64,000 nucleotides of DNA from Pseudorhodoferax sp. (GTDB lineage Bacteria; Pseudomonadota; Gammaproteobacteria; Burkholderiales; Burkholderiaceae_C), in NCBI GenBank assembly GCA_965279475.1, contig CBDIIA010000001.1, forward strand, positions 360,933 through 424,932. The letters are read 5' to 3'. Made by a program: the position numbers and the translations under genes. Shown in pieces: positions 12,663 through 23,493 of the stretch (its first letter is position 1; each line of letters begins with the position of its first letter). The notes under the pieces were generated by a model. The model was not told where the DNA came from. It did no database searches and saw only the letters and a list, made by a program, of their open reading frames with translations.

Positions 12663-13019
12663 ATGCACGACCCCAATTGCCTTTTCTGCAAGATCATCGA
12701 CGGCAAGATTCCGTCGCGCAAGTTGCATGAAGACGACGAACTGATCGCCTTCCACGACATCCACCCGTCGGCGCCGGTCCATTTTCTGATGGTGCCCAAG
12801 CTGCACATCGCGTCGATGGCGCAGGTGGCGCCCGAGCACGCCGGCCTGCTGGGGCGCATGATGCTGCTGGCGCCGCAACTGGCACGGCAGGAAGGCTGCA
12901 ATCCCTATCCGGACGGCGGCTTCCGGCTGGTGGTGAACACCGGCACCGAGGGTGGCCAGGAAATCCACCACCTGCACATGCACGTGATGGGTGGACCGCG
13001 GCCCTGGCTCAAGGGCTGA
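12663..13019 (+). CDS. HIT-family (histidine triad) nucleotide hydrolase
   Basis: HHLHMHV histidine-triad motif. Confidence 0.9.
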   Translation: MHDPNCLFCKIIDGKIPSRKLHEDDELIAFHDIHPSAPVHFLMVPKLHIASMAQVAPEHAGLLGRMMLLAPQLARQEGCNPYPDGGFRLVVNTGTEGGQEIHHLHMHVMGGPRPWLKG

Positions 13020-13096
13020 CGAGCCGCGCGTGTGGCCTTTCGCGGCTGAACTTCGGCCCCCCGTCTAAAATCAAACCAATTCGTTAGGAGTACTCC

Positions 13097-13339
13097 ATGG
13101 GTTCATTTTCCATTTGGCACTGGCTGATCGTGCTGCTGATCGTCGTGATGGTGTTCGGAACCAAGAAGCTGAAGAACATCGGCGGCGATCTCGGCGGCGC
13201 CGTCAAGGGCTTCAAGGACGGCATGAAGGACGGCTCCGCGAGCGCCGACGACAAGCCGGCCGCGACCCCGGTCGCCGCCACGCCGTCGGTTGCGGCCGAC
13301 AAGTCCACGATCGACGTCGAAGCCAAGACCAAGTCCTGA
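13097..13339 (+). CDS. tatA: Twin-arginine translocase subunit TatA
   Basis: [25 protein letters not shown]. Confidence 0.9.
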   Translation: MGSFSIWHWLIVLLIVVMVFGTKKLKNIGGDLGGAVKGFKDGMKDGSASADDKPAATPVAATPSVAADKSTIDVEAKTKS

Positions 13340-13354
13340 TCCGGCGCAGCACCC

Positions 13355-13816
13355 GTGATCGACATTGGCCTTTCCAAGATGGCGCTGATCGGCGCGGTGG
13401 CGCTGATCGTCATCGGGCCCGAGAAGCTTCCGCGTGTGGCCCGCACGGTCGGCACGCTGCTGGGCAAGGCGCAGCGCTACGTCGCCGACGTCAAGTCCGA
13501 GGTCAGCCGGTCGATGGAACTCGATGAGCTGAAGAAGATGAAGGACACGGTCGAAGGCGCGGCGCGAGACGTCGAAAGCTCGATCCAGACCAGCGCCAGC
13601 GAATTCGAGAAGGACTGGTCGGCCACCACCGGCATGCCGTCGATCGCGCCGGCCGACGAGACGCCACGCTATCCCGAATACAAGCACCCCAAGAAGCACT
13701 GGCGGCTGAAGCAGGGCGCCGTGCCGCAGTGGTACAAGGCACGGTCGGGCATCCGCACCAAGGCCTTGTCCGGTGCCGCGCGCGTGGCGCGTTTCCGGCC
13801 GCAGAAGCAGCACTGA
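13355..13816 (+). CDS. tatB: Twin-arginine translocase subunit TatB
   Basis: [26 protein letters not shown]. Confidence 0.85.
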   Translation: MIDIGLSKMALIGAVALIVIGPEKLPRVARTVGTLLGKAQRYVADVKSEVSRSMELDELKKMKDTVEGAARDVESSIQTSASEFEKDWSATTGMPSIAPADETPRYPEYKHPKKHWRLKQGAVPQWYKARSGIRTKALSGAARVARFRPQKQH

Positions 13817-13872
13817 ACTCCGCGCACCCGGCCGCAGGCCATTTCGGAGCCTCCGCTCCACCAGATTGCACC

Positions 13873-14682
13873 ATGCCCGATCCCCAGAACAAAGAAGACG
13901 AACTCGCCGGTACCGAGCAGCCGTTCGTGCAGCACCTGATGGAGTTGCGCGATCGCCTGATCAAGGCGGTGATCGCCATCGCGGTGGCGGCCGCGGTGCT
14001 GGCGGTGTACCCGGGCCCGGCCGCGCTCTACGACATCCTGGCTGCGCCCCTGGTGTCGACCCTGCCCGAAGGCGCCAAGCTGATCGCCACCTCGGTGATC
14101 TCGCCGTTCCTCGTGCCGCTGAAGATCATGCTGATGGCGGCGTTCCTGATCGCGCTGCCGGTCGTGCTGTGGCAGGTCTGGGCCTTCGTCGCGCCGGGCC
14201 TGTACTCGCACGAGAAGAAGCTGGTGATGCCGCTGGTGGTATCGAGCACCTTCCTGTTCTTCATCGGCGTGGCGTTCTGCTACTTCTTCGTGTTCGGCCA
14301 GGTGTTCCGCTTCATTCAGGGCTTTGCGCCGAAGAGCATCACCGCCGCGCCTGACATCGAGGAGTACCTGAGTTTCGTGCTGACGATGTTCCTCGCGTTC
14401 GGCATGGCGTTCGAGGTGCCGATCGCGGTCGTCGTGCTGGCGCGCATGGGCATCGTCAGCGTCGACAAGCTGCGGCAGTTCCGCGGCTATTTCGTCGTGC
14501 TGGCCTTCATCATCGCGGCCATCGTCACGCCGCCCGACGTGGTGTCGCAGCTGGCGCTGGCCGTGCCGATGTGTCTGCTGTACGAGGTTGGCATCTGGGC
14601 GGCCACGGTGTTCATCAAGCACACCCAGGCACCGGTCGAGCCGGACGGCACCGAGCCCAAGGCCACGTCGACCGAGCCTTGA
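13873..14682 (+). CDS. tatC: Twin-arginine translocase subunit TatC
   Basis: Internal ATG (MPDPQNKEDE...) in frame within ORF 13729..14682. Polytopic TatC sequence. Confidence 0.9.
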   Translation: MPDPQNKEDELAGTEQPFVQHLMELRDRLIKAVIAIAVAAAVLAVYPGPAALYDILAAPLVSTLPEGAKLIATSVISPFLVPLKIMLMAAFLIALPVVLWQVWAFVAPGLYSHEKKLVMPLVVSSTFLFFIGVAFCYFFVFGQVFRFIQGFAPKSITAAPDIEEYLSFVLTMFLAFGMAFEVPIAVVVLARMGIVSVDKLRQFRGYFVVLAFIIAAIVTPPDVVSQLALAVPMCLLYEVGIWAATVFIKHTQAPVEPDGTEPKATSTEP

Positions 14683-14706
14683 CGGGCTGACCGCCGGCGG
14701 GTTCGG

Positions 14707-15852
14707 TTACTGGCGCTCGACGCGCCGCGGCCGAGGCCGCACACCCGGCGTCACGTCGAGCTGGAGCTTCTCGTCCTGACGCAGCACGTCGAACGGCGAG
14801 GCCGTGCCGGGTTTCAGCGCGGCCACGCTCGACAGCAGCTCCGACACATTGCCCACGGCCTTGCCGCCGACGTTGACGATCACGTCGCCGGGTCGCACGC
14901 CCGCCTGCGCCGCCGGGCCGTTCTGCAACACGCCGGTGATGATCACGCCCTTCTTGGTCTTGACGCCGAAGGTCTCGGCCAACTCGGGTGACAGGTCGCT
15001 GGGCTCGACGCCGATCCAGCCCCGCGTGACCTGGCCGTCCTTGACGATGCCTTCGAGCACCAGCTTGGCGGTCGACACCGGAATCGCGAAGCCGATGCCC
15101 ATGCTGCCGCCCGAGCGCGAGTAGATCGCGGTGTTGATGCCCATCAGGTTGCCGGTCACGTCGACCAGCGCGCCGCCTGAATTGCCGGGGTTGATCGCCG
15201 CATCGGTCTGGATGAAGTTCTCGAAGGTGTTGATGCCCAGCTGGTTGCGGCCGAGCGCGCTGACGATGCCACCGGTCACCGTCTGGCCCACGCCGAACGG
15301 GTTGCCGATCGCCAGCACCTGGTCGCCGACCTGCAGCGCGTCGGAGCTGCCCAGCACCATCACCGGCAGCTTGTCGAGCTCGATCTTCAGGATGGCGAGG
15401 TCGGTGTCCGGGTCGGTGCCGATCACCTTGGCCTGCGTGCGCCGGCTGTCGTTCAAGATGACCTCGATCGCGTCGGCACCCTCGACCACATGGTTGTTGG
15501 TCAGGATGTAGCCCTCGGGGCTGACGATCACGCCGCTGCCCAGGCCGGCCTGGGTCTCGCCGCCGCGGTCGCCGAAGAAGAAGCGGAACCACGGGTCGTT
15601 GCTGTTCGGGTTGCGCACCGCCGCCTTGCTGGTGTTGATGCTGACCACCGACGGCGAGGCGCGCTTGGCAGCGGCGCTGAAACTGCTGGTTGGCGTGTGG
15701 CCGGGGGCGGACGGCGCGGCCTCGATGACGGACACCGCGCCGCCCAGGCTGGTGCGTTTGTTGAGCCATTCGGGCTTCAGTGTTCCGACGACGAAGTAGG
15801 CTGCGAGCAGCACCGTGACGGACTGGGAAAAGAGCAGCCAGAATCGCTTCAT
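14707..15852 (-). CDS. Periplasmic trypsin-like serine protease with one PDZ domain (DegS/AlgW-like)
   Basis: N-terminal anchor, catalytic region GNSGGAL, C-terminal PDZ. Confidence 0.85.
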   Translation of the reverse strand: MKRFWLLFSQSVTVLLAAYFVVGTLKPEWLNKRTSLGGAVSVIEAAPSAPGHTPTSSFSAAAKRASPSVVSINTSKAAVRNPNSNDPWFRFFFGDRGGETQAGLGSGVIVSPEGYILTNNHVVEGADAIEVILNDSRRTQAKVIGTDPDTDLAILKIELDKLPVMVLGSSDALQVGDQVLAIGNPFGVGQTVTGGIVSALGRNQLGINTFENFIQTDAAINPGNSGGALVDVTGNLMGINTAIYSRSGGSMGIGFAIPVSTAKLVLEGIVKDGQVTRGWIGVEPSDLSPELAETFGVKTKKGVIITGVLQNGPAAQAGVRPGDVIVNVGGKAVGNVSELLSSVAALKPGTASPFDVLRQDEKLQLDVTPGVRPRPRRVERQ

Positions 15853-16136
15853 GTGAGGTGGGGAGGCAGAAAGAGCAGGGAGAACCCGGTGGATTCTCTC
15901 TCATGCCCGGCAGCCCTGGCGTTGGAACGGTACCCGCGTCGCAGCGGACGACAAGGGTAAACCCTTAAAATGCTGCGCAGACCTGTGCAGGTCGATTCCA
16001 TTCCTTGCAGCCGCGCCCAACCGGCGCACGGCAAGTCCAGGCCCCTACCCGAGGCAACGAATGGCGCACCGTGGCTGCAGCGATCCCGGGCTTTCCCGGT
16101 CGCGCACGCGCTCGTTTCATTGCCGAGAGATTCAAG

Positions 16137-17450
16137 ATGTCATCCAGCCCCCCGTTTTCCGCGGGCGCCGTCGCGCCCGCTGCGTCCCTGTCGCGCAAGG
16201 ACGTGCAAACCCTGGCTCTGTCCGCGCTCGGCGGCACGCTCGAGTTCTACGATTTCGTGATCTACGTGTTCTTCGCCGCGGTGCTGGGCAAGCTGTTCTT
16301 TCCGGTCGACATGCCGGACTGGCTGCGCCAGCTGCAGACCTTCGGCATCTTTGCCGCGGGTTACCTGTCGCGCCCGCTGGGCGGTATCGTGATCGCGCAC
16401 TTCGGCGATCTGCTGGGCCGCAAGCGCATGTTCACGCTGAGCATCTTCCTGATGGCCGTGCCCACGCTGGTGATCGGCCTGCTGCCGACCTACGCCAGCA
16501 TCGGCGTGGCGGCACCCCTGCTGTTGCTGGCGATGCGCGTGCTGCAGGGCGCGGCGATCGGCGGCGAGATGCCCGGCGCCTGGGTGTTCGTGGCCGAACA
16601 CGTGCCGGCTCACCGTTATGGTCTCGGCATCGGCACGCTCACGGCCGGCATCACCGGTGGCATCCTGCTGGGCTCGCTGGTGGCGGTCGGGGTCAACACG
16701 CACTACAGCCCGGCCGAGGTCAGCGAGTTCGCATGGCGCGGGCCGTTCATCCTGGGCGGTGCGTTCGGCCTGGTGTCCGTGTACCTGCGCCGTTTCCTGC
16801 AGGAAACCCCGGTGTTCCAGCAGTTGCACCAGCGCCGCGCGGTGGCGCGCGAGATGCCGATCCGGACCATCCTGCGCGAGCACCGCGCTGCCTGCCTGCT
16901 GGTCGGCGGCCTGACCTGGGTGCTGTCGGCGGCGATCGTCGTCGTCGTGCTGATCACACCCAGCTATCTGCAGAAGGTGCACGGCATCCCGGCCACGCTG
17001 GCGCTCGAAGCCAATGCGGTGGCCACGCTGACCCTCACACTGGGCTGCGTGCTGATGGGCTGGGCGACCGACCGCATCGGCACCCGGCCGGTGATGGTCA
17101 TCGGCTTTGGCGGGCTGTTGGTCACGTCGTACCTGTTCTACAGCGGCTTGCCCGGCACACCGACCTCGTTGGTGCTGACCTACGGGCTGGTGGGCCTGTT
17201 CGTCGGCTCGATCGCCACGGTGCCGATCGTCGGCGTGCGCGCGTTCCCGGCCGAAGTGCGTTTCTCGGGGCTGTCGTTCGCCTACAACCTGGCGTATGCG
17301 ATCTTCGGTGGCCTGACGCCGATCATCATCACGCTGTGGCTGCAGAAGGACACGCTGGCGCCGGCCCACTACGTGGCGGCGCTGGCCCTGCTGGGGCTGC
17401 TGCTCGGGTTGGTGCCGATGGCGAACAAGGGGTACGTGGCACGTCGCTGA
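16137..17450 (+). CDS. MFS transporter (metabolite:H+ symporter-like)
   Basis: About 12-TM profile. Internal ATG in frame within ORF 16005..17450. Confidence 0.8.
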   Translation: MSSSPPFSAGAVAPAASLSRKDVQTLALSALGGTLEFYDFVIYVFFAAVLGKLFFPVDMPDWLRQLQTFGIFAAGYLSRPLGGIVIAHFGDLLGRKRMFTLSIFLMAVPTLVIGLLPTYASIGVAAPLLLLAMRVLQGAAIGGEMPGAWVFVAEHVPAHRYGLGIGTLTAGITGGILLGSLVAVGVNTHYSPAEVSEFAWRGPFILGGAFGLVSVYLRRFLQETPVFQQLHQRRAVAREMPIRTILREHRAACLLVGGLTWVLSAAIVVVVLITPSYLQKVHGIPATLALEANAVATLTLTLGCVLMGWATDRIGTRPVMVIGFGGLLVTSYLFYSGLPGTPTSLVLTYGLVGLFVGSIATVPIVGVRAFPAEVRFSGLSFAYNLAYAIFGGLTPIIITLWLQKDTLAPAHYVAALALLGLLLGLVPMANKGYVARR

Positions 17451-17488
17451 CCGCAGGGCCGGGCAGCGCGGCTGAGACAATACGGCGC

Positions 17489-18259
17489 ATGAGCACCTCG
17501 CGAACCGATCTGCTGCAGTGTTGCGATGCATTGCTGCAGCCTGCCCGTTTCAAGGATTACGGGCCGAACGGCCTGCAGGTCGAGGGCCGTCGCGACATCC
17601 AGCGCCTGGTGACCGGCGTCACCGCGAGCCGGGCCCTGATCGAGGCGGCCGTCGCCGAGCGTGCCGACGCGATCTTCGTGCACCACGGCCTGTTCTGGCG
17701 CGGCCAGAGCGGCGTGGTCACTGGCTGGATGAAGCAGCGGCTGGCCTTGCTGCTGGCGCACGACATCAACCTGCTGGCCTACCATCTGCCGCTCGATGCG
17801 CACCCCGAGCTGGGCAACAACGCCCAGCTGGCACGCGTGCTCGGCTTGCGCCCTTACGCGGCGGACGGCCGTTTCGGCGAGCAGGATCTGGGCTTTCTCG
17901 GCGAGCGCATCGACAACCGGCCGTTCGCCGACGCGAACGCGCTGGCCCGCCATGTCGAGGCGGCGCTGGGGCGGCCTGTGACGCTGGTCGACGCCGCGCG
18001 GGGGCCGGTCCAGCGCATCGCCTGGTGCACCGGCGGCGCGCAAGGCTATTTCGAAGCGGCGATCGCGGCCGGCGCCGAGGCCTTCATCACGGGCGAGATC
18101 TCCGAGCCCCAGGCCCACTACGCACGCGAGTGCGGCGTGTCGTTCATCGCCTGCGGGCACCATGCGAGCGAGCGCTACGGGGCGCCGGCCGTCGGCGCGC
18201 ACGTGGCCGAGGTGCTGGGCATCGACCACCTGTTCATCGACATCGACAACCCGGCCTGA
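17489..18259 (+). CDS. Nif3-family dinuclear-metal-centre protein (YqfO/YbgI-like)
   Basis: 257 aa; conserved HH...D...H metal ligand pattern. Confidence 0.8.
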   Translation: MSTSRTDLLQCCDALLQPARFKDYGPNGLQVEGRRDIQRLVTGVTASRALIEAAVAERADAIFVHHGLFWRGQSGVVTGWMKQRLALLLAHDINLLAYHLPLDAHPELGNNAQLARVLGLRPYAADGRFGEQDLGFLGERIDNRPFADANALARHVEAALGRPVTLVDAARGPVQRIAWCTGGAQGYFEAAIAAGAEAFITGEISEPQAHYARECGVSFIACGHHASERYGAPAVGAHVAEVLGIDHLFIDIDNPA

Positions 18260-18300
18260 ACGCCGATTGCCCCACCGTGGTCACGCCCCGCACCTCCTGC

Positions 18301-19356
18301 ATGCCCAGCACATCTGCAAGACCCATCGCCATCACCCTCGGCGACCCCGCAGGCATCGGCCCCGAGATCATCGTCAAGGCGTTCCGCGACGCGCCGGAGC
18401 TCACGCGCGGCTGTTTCGTGGCGGGGGATGTGGGCGTGCTGCGGCGTGCCGCGCAATGGGTGGCCTCGGCCGGAGCCCCCGGTGCGCCGCCGCTGCCGGT
18501 GGCGACCATCGGCAGCGCGGCCGACGCGCTGCAGGTGCCGCCGCATTGCGTGCCGGTGCTGCAGATCGGCGCGCCCGCTGCACTGGTGCCGATGGGGGCC
18601 GTCAGCGCCCAGGCCGGTCGGTTGGCGGCCGATTGCGTGTTCTGGGCCGCGCGTGCCGCCCTGCGCGGCGACGTGGCGGCCGTGGTGACCGCGCCGCTGC
18701 ACAAGGAGGCGCTGGCCGCGGCCGGTGTCGGCTTTCCCGGCCACACCGAGCTGCTGCAGGCCGAGGCGGCTGCTGCGGGCGGCGTGCCGGTCGACGCCAT
18801 GCCGGTGCGCATGATGCTGGCCAACCATGAGTTGCGCACGGTGCTGGTCAGCATCCACGTGTCGCTGCGCGCCGCCATCGACGCGGTCACGTTCGACGGC
18901 GTGCTGCAGACGCTGCGCATCACGCACGCGTCGCTGGCGGCGATGCTGGGCCGCGCCCCGCGCATCGGCGTGGCGGGCCTCAATCCGCATGCGGGCGAGG
19001 GCGGCCTGTTCGGCCGCGAAGAGCTCGACACCATCATCCCGGCCATCGCGGCCGCACGTGCCGAAGGCATCGACGCCCTCGGCCCCTTTGCGCCCGACAC
19101 GGTGTTCATGCGTGCACGCAGCCGCGTCGAGATGCCAGGCGAGTTCGATGCGGTGGTCGCGATGTACCACGACCAGGGATTGATTCCGGTGAAGTATCTC
19201 GGTGTGGAGGAGGGCGTGAACGTGACCCTCGGTCTGCCGATGGTGCGCACCAGCCCCGACCACGGCACCGCCTTCGACATCGCCGGGTCCGGCCGCGCCG
19301 ACCCGCGCAGCCTGATCGAGGCCTTGCGGATGGCGCGGGTGCTGGCCGGCCTGTAG
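18301..19356 (+). CDS. pdxA: 4-hydroxythreonine-4-phosphate dehydrogenase family (PdxA)
   Basis: ITLGDPAGIGPEI N-terminus; C-terminal region HGTAFDIAG. Confidence 0.85.
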   Translation: MPSTSARPIAITLGDPAGIGPEIIVKAFRDAPELTRGCFVAGDVGVLRRAAQWVASAGAPGAPPLPVATIGSAADALQVPPHCVPVLQIGAPAALVPMGAVSAQAGRLAADCVFWAARAALRGDVAAVVTAPLHKEALAAAGVGFPGHTELLQAEAAAAGGVPVDAMPVRMMLANHELRTVLVSIHVSLRAAIDAVTFDGVLQTLRITHASLAAMLGRAPRIGVAGLNPHAGEGGLFGREELDTIIPAIAAARAEGIDALGPFAPDTVFMRARSRVEMPGEFDAVVAMYHDQGLIPVKYLGVEEGVNVTLGLPMVRTSPDHGTAFDIAGSGRADPRSLIEALRMARVLAGL

Positions 19357-19374
19357 CGCGGCGGCCCGTGCCGC

Positions 19375-19809
19375 CTACTTCTGCTGCAGGCTGTCGCGGA
19401 TCTGGCGCAGCAGCACGATGTCTTCCGGTGGTGCGGCGGGTGCTGCCGGGGGGGCGGCGGGCTCGTCGCGCTTGAGCCGGTTGATCTGCTTGACCATCAT
19501 GAAGATGATGAAGGCCAGGATCACAAAGTTGACCGCGACGGTGATGAAGTTGCCATAGGCCAGCACCGGCACGCCGGCCTTGCGCAGCGCGTCCACCGTC
19601 ATCGGCGTTCCGGCGGGCACGTTGCCTATCACCACGAACAGGCTCGAGAAATCCAGCTTGCCGAACACCGTGCCGACGATCGGCATGATCAGGTCCGCCA
19701 CCACCGAATCGACGATCTTGCCGAATGCGCCGCCGATGATCACGCCCACCGCGAGGTCGATCACGTTGCCTTTGACGGCAAACTCCTTGAATTCCTTCAT
19801 CATCCCCAT
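19375..19809 (-). CDS. mscL: Large-conductance mechanosensitive channel
   Basis: [33 protein letters not shown]. Confidence 0.9.
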   Translation of the reverse strand: MGMMKEFKEFAVKGNVIDLAVGVIIGGAFGKIVDSVVADLIMPIVGTVFGKLDFSSLFVVIGNVPAGTPMTVDALRKAGVPVLAYGNFITVAVNFVILAFIIFMMVKQINRLKRDEPAAPPAAPAAPPEDIVLLRQIRDSLQQK

Positions 19810-19897
19810 GGCGCTGGCCCTTTCATTGTTGCAAATGCGGTGCCATTCTCGCCCTAAAAAGCCGGAACGAACGGCGCCCCGGCCGCCGCCGCTGCTC

Positions 19898-19927
19898 TTG
19901 AGATCGCCTGAAGCGCTCCGCTACAAT
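19898..19927 (+). promoter_or_regulatory. Candidate sigma70 promoter of petABC (TTGAGA - 18 nt - TACAAT)
   Basis: Hexamers read directly. Located about 40 nt upstream of the petA start. Confidence 0.35.
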
Positions 19928-19968
19928 CGTTGGTTGACCCCAATAAGTGAAGTTCTTCGAGGAACCCC

Positions 19969-20568
19969 ATGAGTGACATTCCAGTCGACGCCAGCAAACG
20001 GACGTGGTTGATCGCGTCCGGTTGTGCGGGAGCGGTGGGCGGCATTGCGACCGCCGTCCCTTTCGTCAGCACTTTCCAGCCTTCCGAAAAAGCCAAGGCG
20101 GCCGGCGCGGCGGTAGAAGTCGACATCTCGGCGCTCAAGCCCGGGGAGAAGATGACGGTCGAATGGCGTGGCAAGCCGGTCTGGATCATCCGGCGCACGC
20201 CCGAACAGCTGGCGGCGCTGCCCAAGCTCGACGGGCAACTGGCCGATCCGAAGTCGCAGCGCAAGCCGGACGAGCTGACGCCGGTGTATGCGCGCAACGA
20301 AGACCGGTCGATCAAGCCCGAAGTGCTGGTGGTGGTCGGCATCTGCACCCACCTCGGCTGCTCGCCGTCGGACAAGTTCACGCCCGGCGCCCAGCCGTCG
20401 CTGCCCGAAGACTGGGCCGGCGGGTTCCTCTGCCCTTGCCACGGCTCGACCTTCGACATGGCCGGCCGCGTCTACAAGAACAAGCCCGCACCCGACAACC
20501 TCGAAGTGCCGCCGCACATGTACATGACCGACAGCCGGCTGCTGATCGGCGAAGACAAGAAGGCCTGA
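19969..20568 (+). CDS. petA: Ubiquinol-cytochrome c reductase Rieske iron-sulfur subunit
   Basis: Rieske boxes CTHLGC and CPCHGS. Confidence 0.95.
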   Translation: MSDIPVDASKRTWLIASGCAGAVGGIATAVPFVSTFQPSEKAKAAGAAVEVDISALKPGEKMTVEWRGKPVWIIRRTPEQLAALPKLDGQLADPKSQRKPDELTPVYARNEDRSIKPEVLVVVGICTHLGCSPSDKFTPGAQPSLPEDWAGGFLCPCHGSTFDMAGRVYKNKPAPDNLEVPPHMYMTDSRLLIGEDKKA

Positions 20569-20575
20569 GGCAGAC

Positions 20576-21985
20576 ATGGCACAGTTCAAGGACATCTCCC
20601 CCAACGCCCCGATCGGCGACAAGCTGCTCAACTGGGTCGACAACCGCTTTCCGGCATCGAAGCTCTACAAGGAGCACATGTCGGAGTACTACGCGCCGAA
20701 GAACTTCAACTTCTGGTATGTCTTCGGGTCGCTGTCGCTGCTGGTGCTGGTGATCCAGATCGTCACCGGCATCTTCCTGGTGATGCACTACAAGCCCGAC
20801 TCGACGCTGGCGTTCACGTCGGTCGAGTACATCATGCGCGATGTGCCGTGGGGCTGGCTGATCCGCTACATGCACTCCACCGGGGCGTCGGCGTTCTTCA
20901 TCGTCGTCTACCTGCACATGTTCCGCGGCCTGCTGTACGGCTCGTACCGCAAGCCGCGCGAGCTGGTCTGGGTGTTCGGGTGCGCGATCTTCCTGTGCCT
21001 GATGGCCGAAGCCTTCATGGGCTACCTGCTGCCCTGGGGCCAGATGAGCTACTGGGGCGCCCAGGTGATCGTGAACCTGTTCGCCGCGATCCCCTTCATC
21101 GGCCCCGACCTCGCGCTGCTGATCCGCGGCGACTACGTGGTGGGCGACGCCACGCTCAACCGCTTCTTCAGCTTCCACGTGATCGCCGTGCCGCTGGTGC
21201 TGCTGGGCCTGGTGGCCGCGCACATCATCGCGCTGCACGAAGTCGGCTCCAACAACCCCGACGGCGTCGAGATCAAGGGACCGAAGGCGCCGAAGGATGC
21301 CGATGGCCATCCGCTCGACGGCATCCCGTTTCACCCGTTCTACTCGGTGCACGACATCTTCGCGGTGTCGGTGTTCCTGATGGCCTTCACCGCCATCATC
21401 TTCTTCGCGCCGGAGTTCGGTGGTTACTTCCTCGAATACAACAACTTCATCCCGGCCGATCCGCTGAAGACGCCGGCGCACATTGCACCGGTCTGGTACT
21501 TCACGCCCTTCTATTCGATGCTGCGCGCCATCACCAGCGAGATGATGTATGCACTGATCGCCTGCGTGGTGGTCGGTGCCGGCGTCCTGGTGACCAAGCT
21601 GCGCATGCCCGGCTTCCTCAAGGGCCTGATCGTCATCGTCGCGGTGGGTGTCGTGGCGATGATGCTGTCGATCGATGCCAAGTTCTGGGGCGTGGTCGTG
21701 ATGGGTGGTGCGGTCATCATCCTGTTCTTCCTGCCGTGGCTGGACTACAGCCCGGTCAAGTCGATCCGCTACCGTCCGAGCTGGCACAAGTATGTCTACG
21801 CGGTGTTCGTGGTCGACTTCGTGGTGCTGGCCTACCTGGGCGTGCAGCCGCCGTCGCCGATCGGCGAACGCGTGTCGCAGATCGGCACCCTGTTCTATTT
21901 CGGCTTTTTCCTGCTGATGCCGTGGTGGAGCCGACTGGGCGAACCCAAGCCCGTGCCGGACCGCATCACGTTTGCCGCGCACTGA
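20576..21985 (+). CDS. petB: Cytochrome b
   Basis: 469 aa polytopic protein with conserved heme-ligand histidines. Confidence 0.95.
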   Translation: MAQFKDISPNAPIGDKLLNWVDNRFPASKLYKEHMSEYYAPKNFNFWYVFGSLSLLVLVIQIVTGIFLVMHYKPDSTLAFTSVEYIMRDVPWGWLIRYMHSTGASAFFIVVYLHMFRGLLYGSYRKPRELVWVFGCAIFLCLMAEAFMGYLLPWGQMSYWGAQVIVNLFAAIPFIGPDLALLIRGDYVVGDATLNRFFSFHVIAVPLVLLGLVAAHIIALHEVGSNNPDGVEIKGPKAPKDADGHPLDGIPFHPFYSVHDIFAVSVFLMAFTAIIFFAPEFGGYFLEYNNFIPADPLKTPAHIAPVWYFTPFYSMLRAITSEMMYALIACVVVGAGVLVTKLRMPGFLKGLIVIVAVGVVAMMLSIDAKFWGVVVMGGAVIILFFLPWLDYSPVKSIRYRPSWHKYVYAVFVVDFVVLAYLGVQPPSPIGERVSQIGTLFYFGFFLLMPWWSRLGEPKPVPDRITFAAH

Positions 21986-22001
21986 GCAGGGGTTGTAGAC
22001 C

Positions 22002-22772
22002 ATGAAGAAAAATATCCACGGTATCCTCGCAGCGCTGTTCCTGTCTCTGAGCCTGATGTCCGGCGCGCACGCGTCCGGCGGCGACGAGATCGCCTGGGAC
22101 AAGGCCCCCAACAAGACCAACGACCTGGCGGCGTTGCAGAACGGCGCCAAGCTGTTCGTCAACTACTGCCTCAACTGCCACTCGGCAGCCTTCATGCGCT
22201 TCAACCGCCTGAAGGACATCGGCTTGACCGACCAGCAGATCAAGGACAACCTGCTGTTCACGACGGTCAAGGTCGGCGACACGATGAAGGCGGCGATCGA
22301 TCCGGCGCAGGCCAAGGAATGGTTCGGTGCGAATCCGCCCGACCTGACCCTGATCACGCGCTCGCGTTCCGGCCATGGCGGCACCGGTGCCGACTACCTG
22401 TACACGTACCTGCGCAGCTACTACCGCGACGACACCAAGGCGACGGGCTGGAACAACCTCGCGTTCCCGAGCGTCGGCATGCCGCACGTGCTGTGGGAGC
22501 TGCAGGGCGACCGCAAGCCGGTGTACGAAGAGATGGAGCAGCACGGTCACGCGACCAAGGTGTTCAAGGGCTGGGAGCAGGTGTCGCCCGGCGCGATGAC
22601 GCCGCTGCAATACGACCAGGCGGTCGGCGACCTGGTGAGCTACCTGCAGTGGATGGCCGAGCCGGCGCAGAACACGCGCGTGCGGGTCGGGGTCTGGGTG
22701 CTGCTGTTCCTGGGCATCTTCACCGTCATCACGTGGCGCTTGAATGCCTCGTACTGGAAAGACGTCAAATAG
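22002..22772 (+). CDS. petC: Cytochrome c1
   Basis: Signal peptide, CLNCH heme-binding motif, C-terminal anchor. Confidence 0.9.
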   Translation: MKKNIHGILAALFLSLSLMSGAHASGGDEIAWDKAPNKTNDLAALQNGAKLFVNYCLNCHSAAFMRFNRLKDIGLTDQQIKDNLLFTTVKVGDTMKAAIDPAQAKEWFGANPPDLTLITRSRSGHGGTGADYLYTYLRSYYRDDTKATGWNNLAFPSVGMPHVLWELQGDRKPVYEEMEQHGHATKVFKGWEQVSPGAMTPLQYDQAVGDLVSYLQWMAEPAQNTRVRVGVWVLLFLGIFTVITWRLNASYWKDVK

Positions 22773-22808
22773 GACGCAACTGCCCGGAGCGTCGCTCTGG
22801 GCCACGCA

Positions 22809-22850
22809 GAGTGGGGGCGCTGGGCGCCACCCACTCTTTTTGATTTTTAG
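22809..22850 (+). terminator. Rho-independent terminator after petC
   Basis: Hairpin GAGTGGG...CCCACTC followed by TTTTTGATTTTT. Confidence 0.6.
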
Positions 22851-22862
22851 GAGCCTCCCATC

Positions 22863-23474
22863 ATGATGGTCTTGTACTCTGGTACCACCTGCCCGTTCTC
22901 CCACCGCTGCCGTTTCGTGCTGTTCGAGAAGGGCATGGACTTCGAGATCCGCGACGTCGATCTGTACAACAAGCCCGAGGACATCAGCGTGATGAACCCG
23001 TACGGCCAGGTGCCGATCCTGGTCGAACGCGACCTGATCCTGTACGAGTCGAACATCATCAATGAGTACATCGACGAGCGTTTCCCGCACCCGCAGCTGA
23101 TGCCCGGCGACCCGGTCGACCGCGCGCGCGTGCGCCTGTTCCTGCTCAACTTCGAGAAGGAACTCTTCGTGCACGTGGGGCTGCTCGAATCGCGCGCCTC
23201 CAAGGGCAACGAGAAGGCACTGGAAAAGGCCCGCGCGCACATCCGCGACCGCCTGACCCAGCTGGCCCCGGTGTTCCTGAAGAACAAGTACATGCTGGGC
23301 GAGAACTTCTCGATGCTCGACGTCGCCATCGCGCCGCTGCTGTGGCGCCTGGACTTCTACGGCATCGACCTCAGCAAGAACGCTGCACCGCTGCTGAAGT
23401 ACGCCGAGCGCATCTTCTCGCGCCCGGCCTACATCGAAGCGCTGACGCCGTCCGAGAAGGTGATGCGCAAGTAA
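22863..23474 (+). CDS. sspA: Stringent starvation protein A (GST-like)
   Basis: MMVLYSGTTCPFSHRCRFVLFEKG. Confidence 0.9.
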   Translation: MMVLYSGTTCPFSHRCRFVLFEKGMDFEIRDVDLYNKPEDISVMNPYGQVPILVERDLILYESNIINEYIDERFPHPQLMPGDPVDRARVRLFLLNFEKELFVHVGLLESRASKGNEKALEKARAHIRDRLTQLAPVFLKNKYMLGENFSMLDVAIAPLLWRLDFYGIDLSKNAAPLLKYAERIFSRPAYIEALTPSEKVMRK

Positions 23475-23493
23475 GCGCATGCGGAGCGGTTCG

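Noticed and set aside
19340-19375. GC hairpin GGCGGC-CCGT-GCCGCC between the convergent pdxA and mscL stops as a bidirectional terminator
   Set aside because: Short stem and no U-run on either strand. Not called as a feature.
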